Source: an uncultured Candidatus Saccharibacteria bacterium (GTDB lineage: Bacteria; Patescibacteriota; Minisyncoccia; Phycocordibacterales; JACOZG01). From it: 64,000 nucleotides of DNA. Positions within the stretch are counted from its first letter, which is position 1, and each line of letters starts with the position of its first letter. The notes beneath the pieces were generated by a model. It worked only from the letters and a program-made list of their open reading frames with translations, was not told the origin of the DNA and did no database searches. The stretch spans positions 144,684 through 208,683 of the forward strand of contig CAZYLF010000002.1 of the NCBI GenBank assembly GCA_964648765.1, read 5' to 3'. This document shows positions 1 to 8,064 of the stretch, one piece after another. Made by a program: the position numbers and the translations under genes.

Positions 1-102
1 TTATATACTTGGGCCGCAATAATCAATACTACAAGCAATATATGCCCAAACAATATAGCAAACAACCAAAATAATTAAGAAAATTAAAATTTTTTTAAAC
101 AT
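1..102 (-). CDS. Possible small hydrophobic peptide (33 aa, MFKKILIFLIILVVCYIVWAYIACSIDYCGPSI). It is not in the supplied ORF track, probably because it is below the length cut-off.
   Basis: ATG at 102..100 and TAA at 3..1 on the minus strand. It lies 5 nt downstream of the transketolase gene in the same orientation. It codes a single TM-like helix plus a C-x4-C motif. No homology is recognised. Confidence 0.15.
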   Translation of the reverse strand: MFKKILIFLIILVVCYIVWAYIACSIDYCGPSI

Positions 103-107
103 ATTTT

Positions 108-974
108 TTACTCATGCTCGCTTTTTATGCGGCCCCAGAGGGTGCGGATGTCGTTTAGGGCGGATTTTCCTTCTTCTTTATTTGGCGGTTTGCCATGCCA
201 TTCAAATTTCCGTTCATATTCAGCTACTCCTTTGCCTGGGATAGTGTGAGCAATAATTACTGAAGGCTGGGAGAAGATTGCTTTAGCCTCGCCCACGGCT
301 GAATTAATCGCCTCAAAATTATGACCATCGATCTCGATCACGTGCCAATTAAACGCTTCCCACTTAGCGCGCAGTGGCTCAAGCGGCATAATGTCTTCAG
401 TGAAGCCGTCGATCTGGATATTGTTGCGATCCACGATCGCGATGAGATTGTGGAGTTGCTCCCGTCCGGCCAAGAGCACCGCCTCCCAAGTGTTGCCCGC
501 ATCATGCTCACCGTCCGACATCATGCAGTAAAAGAATTTATCGGAAGCTCGCCCTTTATCCATTTTCTCACCCAGCGCCATGCCCACGGTTTGTGAGAGC
601 CCTGAACCGAGCGGACCGGATGAAGTCTCAAGCATCGGCAACCACTCGCGGTGCGGGTGGCCCTGGAGATGCGAGCCGAATTTGCGCAGTGTTTGGAGTT
701 CGCTGATGGGGAAGTAACCGGCGTGCGCCATAGTAGCGTAAAGCACCGGACAGATGTGACCGTTGGAGAGCACCAAGCGGTCACGATCCGACCAACTCGG
801 ATTTTTAGGATCGTGTTTGAGGAGATGGAAGTAGAGCGCGGTGAAGATATCCGTCATGCCGAGCGGCCCGGCCGTGTGGCCAGAACCCGCCGCCACGAGC
901 ATCTCAATAATAGAACGGCGAATCTCGTTCGCCTTCTCTTCTAAAAATTTAATTTTGGAATCGTGGAGATGCAT
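108..974 (-). CDS. tkt: Transketolase, N-terminal (thiamine-diphosphate-binding) subunit of a split tkt
   Basis: The translation carries transketolase N-terminal motifs (GHTAGPLGMTDIF, SNGH, GSLGQGL-like GPLGSGLSQ, DGE..G). The ORF track starts at 1058, but an internal ATG at 974 (MHLHDSK...) abuts the rpe stop at 976, so the start is set there. About 290 aa corresponds to the N-terminal half only, implying a separate C-terminal subunit gene beyond the window edge. Confidence 0.8.
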   Translation of the reverse strand: MHLHDSKIKFLEEKANEIRRSIIEMLVAAGSGHTAGPLGMTDIFTALYFHLLKHDPKNPSWSDRDRLVLSNGHICPVLYATMAHAGYFPISELQTLRKFGSHLQGHPHREWLPMLETSSGPLGSGLSQTVGMALGEKMDKGRASDKFFYCMMSDGEHDAGNTWEAVLLAGREQLHNLIAIVDRNNIQIDGFTEDIMPLEPLRAKWEAFNWHVIEIDGHNFEAINSAVGEAKAIFSQPSVIIAHTIPGKGVAEYERKFEWHGKPPNKEEGKSALNDIRTLWGRIKSEHE

Positions 975-975
975 T

Positions 976-1605
976 TTATAAATTTTGGAAATCGTGAAGG
1001 GTTTGGATAAAGTCGTCCGCCTTCCAAAGTGCTGAACCAACAACGAGCTCCGTGGCACCAGCCTCCAAACACTTTTTACCTGTCACCAAATTAATTCCTC
1101 CGTCTACAGAAATTTTAACACTTGGGTACTTAGCCCGCAAAGTTTTAATCCTCTCCAAGACCTCATCTTGAAACGGTTCACCATGATGACCAAGTTCCTC
1201 AATGGCCATAAACTGAATGACGTCTAAGCTCTCAATGTATTTCTCCACCAAATCAAGTGAAGAATTCATCAAGAGTGCCAAACCAATTTTAGTGGGCGTG
1301 TTTTTAACTGAATCGACGATCTCCTCCAAATGATCGGTGGATTCTGGGTGCACAATTATGCGGTCAGCCACGCTCACCCAATCAGCTGCCACCTCCTCAG
1401 GTCGCTCGATCATTAAGTGCACCTCCATTTTTATTTTGCCATTTATCTCGTGCAAATCATCCGGCACACTCCATGATTTATCTGCCACAAATCTCCCATC
1501 CGCCACGTCTAAATGGAGCCAAGTGGTGAGCTCCCCCACTTCCTCAATCTTGTCGCGGACTTCCGTAAAATTTTTGCCAATAATAGCTGGGATAATTTCT
1601 CTCAT
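976..1605 (-). CDS. rpe: Ribulose-phosphate 3-epimerase
   Basis: 209 aa. It has the TIM-barrel Rpe motifs (HLDVADGRFV, MIERPE, SVDGGIN, VVGSALW). It is in the same operon orientation as rpiB and tkt. Confidence 0.85.
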   Translation of the reverse strand: MREIIPAIIGKNFTEVRDKIEEVGELTTWLHLDVADGRFVADKSWSVPDDLHEINGKIKMEVHLMIERPEEVAADWVSVADRIIVHPESTDHLEEIVDSVKNTPTKIGLALLMNSSLDLVEKYIESLDVIQFMAIEELGHHGEPFQDEVLERIKTLRAKYPSVKISVDGGINLVTGKKCLEAGATELVVGSALWKADDFIQTLHDFQNL

Positions 1606-1607
1606 AT

Positions 1608-2075
1608 TTAAAACTCGTGTTCAATTTCAACTTTATAATCAATTTTAGCGTTACGCCTAATGTGCCTGTCATCGCCAGAAAATTTGGTATCAAGCCAAAG
1701 TTTTACCGAGCGTTTAGCCATGTCTGGGTCCAGAAATTTGGCGCCGAGCGAAAGGATGTTGGCGTTATTGTGCTCACGCGAAAGTTTAACAATCTCGTCC
1801 GCACCACCATAGTAAACTGCGGCTCGAATGTGCTTAAAACGATTAGCGCACATCGCCTCGCCCTGACCAGACGCGCCGAAAATAATACCAAAATTATTGT
1901 CTGGGTCAGACGCCACCATCTTGGCTACAATATCAATAAAGTCCGGGTAATCGTCACCGGGTACAAGTTCAAAAGCGCCTTCATCAAAAACTTGATGACC
2001 TTCAACCTTGAGAAAATTTTTAATTTCCTCCTTCAACTTAAACCCCGCATGATCTGTGCCTAAATAAACTTTCAC
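1608..2075 (-). CDS. rpiB: Ribose-5-phosphate isomerase B (RpiB/LacA/LacB family)
   Basis: 155 aa. The N-terminus MKVYLGTDHAGFKLKEEI and the GIIFGASGQGEAMCANR motif are typical of RpiB. Confidence 0.85.
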   Translation of the reverse strand: MKVYLGTDHAGFKLKEEIKNFLKVEGHQVFDEGAFELVPGDDYPDFIDIVAKMVASDPDNNFGIIFGASGQGEAMCANRFKHIRAAVYYGGADEIVKLSREHNNANILSLGAKFLDPDMAKRSVKLWLDTKFSGDDRHIRRNAKIDYKVEIEHEF

Positions 2076-2077
2076 TA

Positions 2078-2734
2078 TTAAATATTACCACAACTTGGAC
2101 CGGTGATATTGGAAGGAACTTTGCCCGCAAAACCAGTACTGTCGACACACCAGATTTCCTTACTCTTTCCTATCCTATTATCAAATAATGGTGATTTACA
2201 AATTAAAGACTTTCTAATCTTCCCGGTCATAGGTAAACCAGCGGATACCGCCCAATCTTTAGAATCTCCAGTTTTAAAACAAGAGATGTTGTTAGCGCCA
2301 TAATTATGCATAGCCTTAAATTGCTCACTCCATGGGCCTGAATTTTGGTCACAAAGATTTTCTGGGAAATAATAATCGTCGGGGTTTTGGCCAACAGTGA
2401 CCATCATCTCCGCTTGGGTCCGCATACCAGCCATTGTTGCTTGAGTAGCAGCCGCAGTGGCTTTCTGACGAGCAGTATCTAGATTAGAAATAGTTATTCC
2501 AATTAAAAGTACAATCAAAATTAGGGTAATCCAACCAGCGATTCTTAGCCCACGACTTCTGACCCCCAAAATAAATACAAACAAACCAACCAGAAATAGA
2601 ACAACGGAAATCAAAAGAGTTAGGCCGCCGTCCATCGCCCAAATAAAACATTCGGCGATATTTGGAATCAGAGAAATGGAAATAAAACTAAAGATTATCA
2701 GAATTAACCCCCAGAATTTTTTTGATTTAAACAT
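2078..2734 (-). CDS. Hypothetical membrane protein (3 predicted TM helices, Cys-rich extracytoplasmic C-terminal region)
   Basis: The ORF 2078..2770 is trimmed to the internal Met (MFKSKKFWGLILII...). It has hydrophobic stretches. The C-terminus has 6 Cys. No prepilin G/F-T-L-I-E motif is present. Confidence 0.35.
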   Translation of the reverse strand: MFKSKKFWGLILIIFSFISISLIPNIAECFIWAMDGGLTLLISVVLFLVGLFVFILGVRSRGLRIAGWITLILIVLLIGITISNLDTARQKATAAATQATMAGMRTQAEMMVTVGQNPDDYYFPENLCDQNSGPWSEQFKAMHNYGANNISCFKTGDSKDWAVSAGLPMTGKIRKSLICKSPLFDNRIGKSKEIWCVDSTGFAGKVPSNITGPSCGNI

Positions 2735-3053
2735 TTGCTCTTTCTTGGACCAAAAACTGCGCCCCAGCATTTAGGTCAAAGGGTTCGCGGCCGATCCTAG
2801 ACTGAGACCATGACCACCACAAAATAGCTACCAATATTAGAATAATCGCAAGCCGCCAAATGATTCCACTCAGAAAAGCCATCAGTAAAATAAAACCCAA
2901 TATTAAGGCAACCTTACTTGGAACACTATAAATATAAATTAAATCGAGGTGGTTACCGAACCCGACATCGTTTGGTAACGCAGCCCTAAGGATTGTTAGG
3001 ATCGAGGAAAGAGCAAACAGTACGATCCCTAATATAAGTAATTTTTTATACAT
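2727..3053 (-). CDS. Hypothetical small membrane protein (3 TM)
   Basis: 108 aa and highly hydrophobic. It overlaps the downstream gene by 8 nt. Confidence 0.3.
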   Translation of the reverse strand: MYKKLLILGIVLFALSSILTILRAALPNDVGFGNHLDLIYIYSVPSKVALILGFILLMAFLSGIIWRLAIILILVAILWWSWSQSRIGREPFDLNAGAQFLVQERANV

Positions 3054-3059
3054 GGGGTT

Positions 3060-4082
3060 CTACGCTTGCCCAGTCTTGATCACATGCTCAATCAAAGTGT
3101 GAGTGTAGCCCATTTCGTTGTCGTACCAGGCGAGGACTTTGCAGAGGTTGCCGCCGACGACTTTGGTGAAGCCGAGATCGGCGATCGAGGCGTGAGGATT
3201 GCCGAGAATGTCGGAGGAAACATACTCTTCTTCAGTGGCGGTGAAGATCCCCTTCCAGCGCGGTTCGCTCGCGGCCTTTTTTAATATTGAATTAATTTCT
3301 TCCACACTCGTTTTACGTTTAGTAATAAAAGTAATGTCAGCAATTGAGCCAGCGATCACCGGCACGCGGAGAGCAATGCCATCAAACATCCCTTTGAGAT
3401 CCGGGATCGCTTCGGTCACGGAAATGGCCGCGCCGGTGGTAGAAGGCACGATGTTCGCCGCGGCCGCCCGGCCGCGGCGATGATCCTTGGCATCCGGCGC
3501 GTCCACAATTTTCTGCGTGGCGGTATACGCGTGCACAGTGGAGAGCAAAGCCTTCTCGATCCCGATCGCTTTATGAATAATATCAATCACCGGCGAAGCC
3601 GAGTTGGTGGTGCATGAGGCGTTGGAGGTAATCTGGCAAGTGGCCAACTTCTCATCATTAATTCCCATCAAGATTGTGGCGCCATTAATGCCCGGCAAAG
3701 GTTCACCTTTAATTGGTGCGGAAACCACCACCTTGTGCGCGCCGGCATCAAGATGCAGTTTGGCCTTCTCATAAGTTTCAAAAAATCCCGTCGACTCCAC
3801 TACCACATCAATGCCCATCGCCGCCCAAGGTAATTTGTTTGGCTCCTTCTCTTGGCAAACGTTTATCACATGCTCGCCTACCACCAACTTACCATCACGC
3901 ACCACCACCGGCAGATCAAAACGCCCGTAGGCGCTATCGTACTTGAGTAAATATGCTAAATTTTCTAAATCTCCTAAATCATTAACGGCTACTAAATTAA
4001 TCTCTGGCCTCTTAACTGATAATTTTAAAAACGCACGTCCAATTCTGCCTAAGCCATTAATGGCTACATTTACTTTTTTCAT
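3060..4082 (-). CDS. gap: Glyceraldehyde-3-phosphate dehydrogenase (type I)
   Basis: 340 aa. It has the N-terminal NAD-binding INGLGRIGR motif and the catalytic ASCTTN motif. Confidence 0.9.
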   Translation of the reverse strand: MKKVNVAINGLGRIGRAFLKLSVKRPEINLVAVNDLGDLENLAYLLKYDSAYGRFDLPVVVRDGKLVVGEHVINVCQEKEPNKLPWAAMGIDVVVESTGFFETYEKAKLHLDAGAHKVVVSAPIKGEPLPGINGATILMGINDEKLATCQITSNASCTTNSASPVIDIIHKAIGIEKALLSTVHAYTATQKIVDAPDAKDHRRGRAAAANIVPSTTGAAISVTEAIPDLKGMFDGIALRVPVIAGSIADITFITKRKTSVEEINSILKKAASEPRWKGIFTATEEEYVSSDILGNPHASIADLGFTKVVGGNLCKVLAWYDNEMGYTHTLIEHVIKTGQA

Positions 4083-4151
4083 ATTTCATATATTTTAACA
4101 CCAAAAAGAAAAAAGCGTCGGGGATAATCCACCGACGCTTCAAATTTAAAA

Positions 4152-4421
4152 TCACTTCTTCTCTTCCACCCTCGCCTTCATGCTGTCTGAAGGGATCACA
4201 GGATTCTCCAATTTTTCTCTCGGCTCGCCCCTGATCCCGGGCACAACATAAACTGAAGGGATGTTCCTACCCCGCACTCGAGTCGGGTTTTTATAATCCT
4301 TTCTCACCCGATCTTGCGAAGTACATCCTCCGCCCGCTTGCAAAATTATCGCAAACGCCACAAACCAAAACGATCTCCTTATCGTCCTCACAACCATTCC
4401 TCCCTGAAAAGACCTACTCAA
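4152..4421 (-). CDS. Hypothetical small secreted protein or lipoprotein (lipobox-like LQAGGGC)
   Basis: 89 aa with a signal-like hydrophobic N-terminus. It lies in a locally GC-richer segment. Confidence 0.25.
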   Translation of the reverse strand: MSRSFQGGMVVRTIRRSFWFVAFAIILQAGGGCTSQDRVRKDYKNPTRVRGRNIPSVYVVPGIRGEPREKLENPVIPSDSMKARVEEKK

Positions 4422-4489
4422 GTTAAAAATTAACGCTCCTCACATTATACACAATATTATAAAAATAGCAATCCCTCAAATTTAGATAA

Positions 4490-4526
4490 AAAAGACCCCG
4501 CACGATCTCACGTGCGGGGTAAAAAA
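4490..4526 (-). terminator. Intrinsic terminator (9-bp stem CCCCGCACG / CGUGCGGGG, 6-nt loop) flanked by A/T runs on both sides
   Basis: The perfect inverted repeat at 4496-4519 is followed, on the minus strand, by UCUUUUUU. It sits 25 nt downstream of the 4551.. gene stop. Confidence 0.6.
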
Positions 4527-4550
4527 GTATTAAGGGGACAAATTACGTAC

Positions 4551-4754
4551 CTACACCCAGCGCCAACCAAAACGTCTGGCGAGAGGCACTAAAACACAAT
4601 TGTAGCCGAACAAAAACATCGCGGCGATGGTGGCCCAGATAAGTGGATCAGTGTATGATCCCTTGAATTTATCAGTCTGGTTCAAGGCCAAAACGCCGAG
4701 AACAATGCAGACCAGCACACCAATGCCATCATGAGCAACCTTTTTCCAGCTCAT
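4551..4754 (-). CDS. Hypothetical small 2-TM membrane protein
   Basis: The ORF 4551..4832 is trimmed to the internal Met MSWKKVAHDG.., which removes the overlap with the upstream gene. It contains two hydrophobic helices. Confidence 0.3.
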   Translation of the reverse strand: MSWKKVAHDGIGVLVCIVLGVLALNQTDKFKGSYTDPLIWATIAAMFLFGYNCVLVPLARRFGWRWV

Positions 4755-4756
4755 GC

Positions 4757-5518
4757 TTAGCACCCCCAAAAGAGGCCAAAGATGCAGAGGATGACGACGG
4801 CAACTACTACGACAGCAATCACCACAGCGCACCCTGCCACAGATGCTGACACCAGTGACTTTGCCGACATCCCAACCGGAACAACAGTGATCAGGCTTGC
4901 AAGTGACGCAGCAGCCTTAGATGTTGCGCCTAGCGAAGAGAAGGTCATCACCGACGCTTCCACAGTGCCATCGTCCTTTTCCTCTTGCAGAAGCGCACCG
5001 CCACCGCTCAGTTTGGTTATAGAGCCGGACGTTTCAGTGAGTTGACCATTGAGCGAAGTAGTCTCAACAGCGAACTCGATTTTGTTTCTGTCCGAGCTGA
5101 TATTGAGGCCTCGTTGCAAAACATGAGTAGCAACAAGTCGTCCTTCGACTGACTCTTGAATTTGCGCCGACACTGAACCGTCCCGATGACGCACCACTCC
5201 AGAATAATGAAGTCGCGTCGTTCCATCGAAGACCGTAGCAGAACGATCATCGTGCGTGATCACCGTCACCGAACTCCCCACGCCGAGGATTTCCTCGATC
5301 AAGGTTTCAGCCTGAACTTCAGCCACGGCACGACCACCAGCCAACGCAAACGGCGTCGGAAACGCGGCCACTGTCAGCGCCAGCACCATGGTTGGTGTGA
5401 CATTGCGGAACCGCCACTTACTCACTCGCAACATCGCCCCAAGACCAATCGCAGACTTCTTCATCGTACTTCTCCATAAAGGGACATTGGCTTGGTTAAT
5501 GGAGAACATCTCCACCAA
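4757..5518 (-). CDS. Hypothetical secreted protein with N-terminal signal peptide (MKKSAIGLGAM..) and C-terminal hydrophobic anchor. The gene is GC-rich.
   Basis: 253-aa ORF. Its composition (about 50% GC) differs from the surrounding AT-rich genes. The C-terminal 25 aa are strongly hydrophobic. Confidence 0.4.
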   Translation of the reverse strand: MVEMFSINQANVPLWRSTMKKSAIGLGAMLRVSKWRFRNVTPTMVLALTVAAFPTPFALAGGRAVAEVQAETLIEEILGVGSSVTVITHDDRSATVFDGTTRLHYSGVVRHRDGSVSAQIQESVEGRLVATHVLQRGLNISSDRNKIEFAVETTSLNGQLTETSGSITKLSGGGALLQEEKDDGTVEASVMTFSSLGATSKAAASLASLITVVPVGMSAKSLVSASVAGCAVVIAVVVVAVVILCIFGLFWGC

Positions 5519-5540
5519 CGAGAGTTGGTCTTATCAAAGA

Positions 5541-5600
5541 CCTAATACCAGATAAAGCCTAACGAAATTTAAAAACGTAGTCAAGCAAAATTTTGGACAA
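5541..5600 (-). repeat. Copy 1 of a ~60-bp direct repeat that embeds a sigma70-like promoter on the minus strand (-35 TTGACT at 5584..5579, 17-bp spacer, -10 TAGGCT at 5561..5556)
   Basis: It matches 5917-5972 with about 5 mismatches over about 55 nt. The perfect TTGACT hexamer and TAnnnT -10 are correctly spaced. It points into the 4757..5518 gene. Confidence 0.45.
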
Positions 5601-5629
5601 AAATGCCGCTTCCCAAAATGAGAAGCGGC
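5599..5629 (-). terminator. Intrinsic terminator (8-bp stem GCCGCUUC / GAAGCGGC followed by AUUUUU on the minus strand)
   Basis: The inverted repeat spans 5605-5612 / 5622-5629. A T-run follows immediately downstream in the minus sense. It lies directly upstream of promoter copy 1. Confidence 0.5.
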
Positions 5630-5640
5630 TGAACGTTGGC

Positions 5641-5916
5641 CATCGAATTCCCTTGATCCTAGAGTAGAATCAAAACGATTAGAGCGAAGGAGAGCACTAC
5701 TGCCGAGTACGATACTCGACGAATCGCGATCGCCTCCGCCTCTGTGACGGGATAGATAATCATCTACCCCTCCATGCCGATGCATATGATCGGAACGAGA
5801 CTCTCGTACCAATCAATCCATGACTGAAACCACGAAAGAGCAATCATCATTGAAGAATCTCCACAAACAAGAAAAGGAAATGATCAAGAACATCTCGATC
5901 TTAAAGAGCTACGCCC
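5641..5916 (-). ncRNA. Candidate ~290-nt non-coding transcription unit bracketed by promoter copy 2 and the 5599-5629 terminator
   Basis: No convincing ORF is present. Minus-strand ATG ORFs are 28 aa or shorter, and the 92-aa track ORF starts at TTG and reads through the terminator. The unit is GC-rich and delimited by predicted promoter and terminator signals. Confidence 0.3.
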
Positions 5917-5972
5917 AAATAAAGCCTAACGAAGTTTTAAAATATAGTCAAGCAAAATTTTAGACAAAAAAA
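5917..5972 (-). repeat. Copy 2 of the ~60-bp direct repeat with the embedded promoter (-35 TTGACT 5951..5946, -10 TAGGCT 5928..5923, 17-bp spacer)
   Basis: Same architecture as copy 1. The hexamers are identical. A T-rich terminator precedes it on the minus strand. Confidence 0.45.
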
Positions 5973-6003
5973 GAGGCCCGGGTGAACAATTGCTCACCCA
6001 GAC
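5962..6003 (-). terminator. Intrinsic terminator (GC-rich stem GGGUGA / UCACCC within a CCCGGG-flanked hairpin, then an 8-U run on the minus strand)
   Basis: The hairpin at 5975-6000 is followed in the minus sense by CUCUUUUUUUUGUCU. Confidence 0.45.
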
Positions 6004-6225
6004 CTAGCGATCTTTTTTATAGCCCATAATCTCGTCGCCTGAGAAGAGAGCCTCACCCCTGTCATTTGCACCAACCGACCGAGGAACGTCATTGGCTGGT
6101 ACACCCATAAGGTTAGTGCACCTCACCTCACGGGAGAACATAATCAGGGCAAGTTCACGCCACAGGCTGTGAAGCCTAGCGGGAAGCTTAAGAAAAATTT
6201 CTCTCAAGCTGAACTTTCCGCCCAC
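6004..6225 (-). CDS. Questionable 73-aa ORF inside a promoter/terminator-delimited unit. It may be non-coding.
   Basis: ATG-initiated. It ends 1 nt before the 5962-6003 terminator. No homology is found, and it would have a 5' UTR of about 270 nt. Confidence 0.15.
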   Translation of the reverse strand: MGGKFSLREIFLKLPARLHSLWRELALIMFSREVRCTNLMGVPANDVPRSVGANDRGEALFSGDEIMGYKKDR

Positions 6226-6506
6226 CGAAATGACAAAATCCCAAAACCCAAATCGCTAAAGGGATCCACCCACCTCTATTTTTGTTTTGCTTGGAGTTTT
6301 TCTATACCAAGACAAATGTTAGAGGGTTTTGCAATGGCTAGGAGGTTTTTTAGGGACCCCCATAATCCACCTAGCCACATCTTAGTCCGGCACGGCACCT
6401 TCCATTTCATTGCCTTTCCTACTTACGAGCTAGATAGTTAGTCTAGCCCTAGATGAGGTTGCGCTAGGCAACCCTTGTCTTTGGACTCAATGTACTACTG
6501 CCCACT

Positions 6507-6534
6507 AGTATACACGAACTGTGATTTTTGTCAA
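6507..6534 (-). promoter_or_regulatory. Strong sigma70-like promoter on the minus strand (-35 TTGACA 6534..6529, 16-bp spacer, -10 TATACT 6512..6507)
   Basis: Consensus -35 and a 5/6 match to -10. It is located 40 nt downstream of the gatB stop and fires toward the 6000 terminator. Confidence 0.45.
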
Positions 6535-6575
6535 GCGATTCTATATTGAGTTCGTCAAGATTGCCAAAATGTGGC

Positions 6576-8051
6576 TTAACCAAGCGCTTTTTTGAAGAGC
6601 GCTTCCAAGACCTTGGGATTGGCGGAACCTTTACTCACCTTCATGCCTTGGCCGATTAGGAACTGCAACGCCGCGGCTTTGCCAGCCTTAAAGTCCTCCA
6701 CCGATTTAGCATTCTCGGCGATAATTTTAGCCACAATCTCTTGCAAATGCCCCTCATCACTCTTTTGGATCAAACCTTTCTCCTCCGCGATCACTTTCGG
6801 CGAGCGCTCATCACTAATCATCATGATTAAAATATCTTTGGCTCCGCGCGACGACACCTCCCCCGCTCCCGCCATCTTAATTAACTCGGCGAAGGACTTG
6901 GAAGTCGGACTTCCAATTGGAAGTCCGACTTCCAAGTCAGCAAGAACTTTTACTAAATCGTTAGAAATATAGTTAGAAGCGAGTTTAATTAATTCTTTAT
7001 CACCACCAAGTTCACGCGTCACACTTTCGAAAAATTCCCCGAGTTTAAGGTCGGTCAAATAAGCCTCCACATCCTCGGCCTTCACGCCAAAGTCACGCGC
7101 GTAGCGTTCGCGTTTAACCCACGGCAATTCGGGCAAAGTCTCTTTTAAATTTTGGAATTCCGGAATTTGCGAGATCCAGAGTTTGGGCAAGTCCGGCTCA
7201 GGGAAGTAGCGATAGTCCTGCGACGTTTCCTTTTTACGCTGACTAAAGGTCTCCCCTTTGGCCTCATTCCACCCCCTGGTCTCTTGTGTTACCTTTTCCC
7301 CACCTTCAAGCAACGCCACCTGGCGCTCAAACTCATACTCAATCGCCCGCTCGGCCGCACGGAAAGAATTTAAGTTTTTCACTTCCACTTTTGTCCCTCG
7401 TTCACCAGTTTTTGAAACTGAAATGTTGGCCTCCACGCGCATCTCGCCCTTCTCCATATTAGCCTCCGAGGCGCCTAAATAGCGGAGTAAGAGTTGGAGC
7501 TCACGCGCAAAGTCACCCGCTTGCTTGGCGCTCGTGATCACTGGTTCCGTCACCAATTCCATCAGTGGTACACCAGCACGATTGAAATCCACCAATGACG
7601 AACTTTCATCTGGTGTTATGTTTTCCAATATCCACTCAGTAGATTTATCGGGCGTTGATTTACGATGTTCAAAATGGATTGAACTCGCCGTGTCCTCCTC
7701 TAAATGCACACGTGTAATCGTGACATCATTAAGTGAGCCACCGGTTACGAGTGGATGCTCATACTGACTAATCTGATAACCCTTGGGGATGTCAGGGTAA
7801 AAATAATTTTTGCGATCAAACTCGGTAAAATCAGAAATCGTACCACCGATAGCATTACCCACACGCAAAACTTGCCGCACCGCCTCTTTATTAATCGTTG
7901 GCAAAGTGCCCGGATGCGCGAGGCAAATCGGGCAAATGTTCACATTCGGTTTTACTTCATCCGGATCATTCGCCGAATTGCAAAACATTTTTGTTTTGGT
8001 CTTCAACTCCGCATGAATCTCTAAGCCTACCGTAAGTTTATATTCTTCCAT
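6576..8051 (-). CDS. gatB: Asp-tRNA(Asn)/Glu-tRNA(Gln) amidotransferase subunit B
   Basis: 491 aa. The N-terminus (VGLEIHAEL.. CPICL..PG.LP) matches GatB. A C-terminal GatB/YqeY helical domain is present. It is 13 nt from murB. Confidence 0.9.
   Translation of the reverse strand: MEEYKLTVGLEIHAELKTKTKMFCNSANDPDEVKPNVNICPICLAHPGTLPTINKEAVRQVLRVGNAIGGTISDFTEFDRKNYFYPDIPKGYQISQYEHPLVTGGSLNDVTITRVHLEEDTASSIHFEHRKSTPDKSTEWILENITPDESSSLVDFNRAGVPLMELVTEPVITSAKQAGDFARELQLLLRYLGASEANMEKGEMRVEANISVSKTGERGTKVEVKNLNSFRAAERAIEYEFERQVALLEGGEKVTQETRGWNEAKGETFSQRKKETSQDYRYFPEPDLPKLWISQIPEFQNLKETLPELPWVKRERYARDFGVKAEDVEAYLTDLKLGEFFESVTRELGGDKELIKLASNYISNDLVKVLADLEVGLPIGSPTSKSFAELIKMAGAGEVSSRGAKDILIMMISDERSPKVIAEEKGLIQKSDEGHLQEIVAKIIAENAKSVEDFKAGKAAALQFLIGQGMKVSKGSANPKVLEALFKKALG
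6895..6938. repeat. Perfect 44-bp palindrome inside the gatB coding sequence (gacttggaagtcggacttccaattggaagtccgacttccaagtc)
   Basis: Checked base by base around the centre between 6916 and 6917. It is in frame and encodes DLEVGLPIGSPTSKS in the GatB C-terminal region. Confidence 0.9.
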
Positions 8052-8064
8052 GTTTAAAGCACCA

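Noticed and set aside
1337-2063. Plus-strand ORFs 1337..1648, 1617..2063 and minus 1703..1891
   Set aside because: They overlap or lie antisense to rpe and rpiB, which have clear homology.
2078-2770. Possible type IV pilin (ARQKA-rich segment after a hydrophobic helix, C-terminal Cys pairs)
   Set aside because: There is no G/F-T-L-I-E prepilin cleavage motif. It has three TM helices rather than one.
5534-5812. 92-aa minus-strand ORF
   Set aside because: It starts with TTG and reads through a predicted intrinsic terminator and the downstream promoter, so it is unlikely to be translated as such.
5821-5973. Plus-strand 50-aa ORF (MTETTKEQSSLKNLHKQEKEMIKNISILKSYAQIKPNEVLKYSQAKF) reading into repeat copy 2
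   Set aside because: The promoter and terminator signals in this region are coherent only on the minus strand. No plus-strand promoter was found, and the repeat copy 1 equivalent is closed by an upstream stop.
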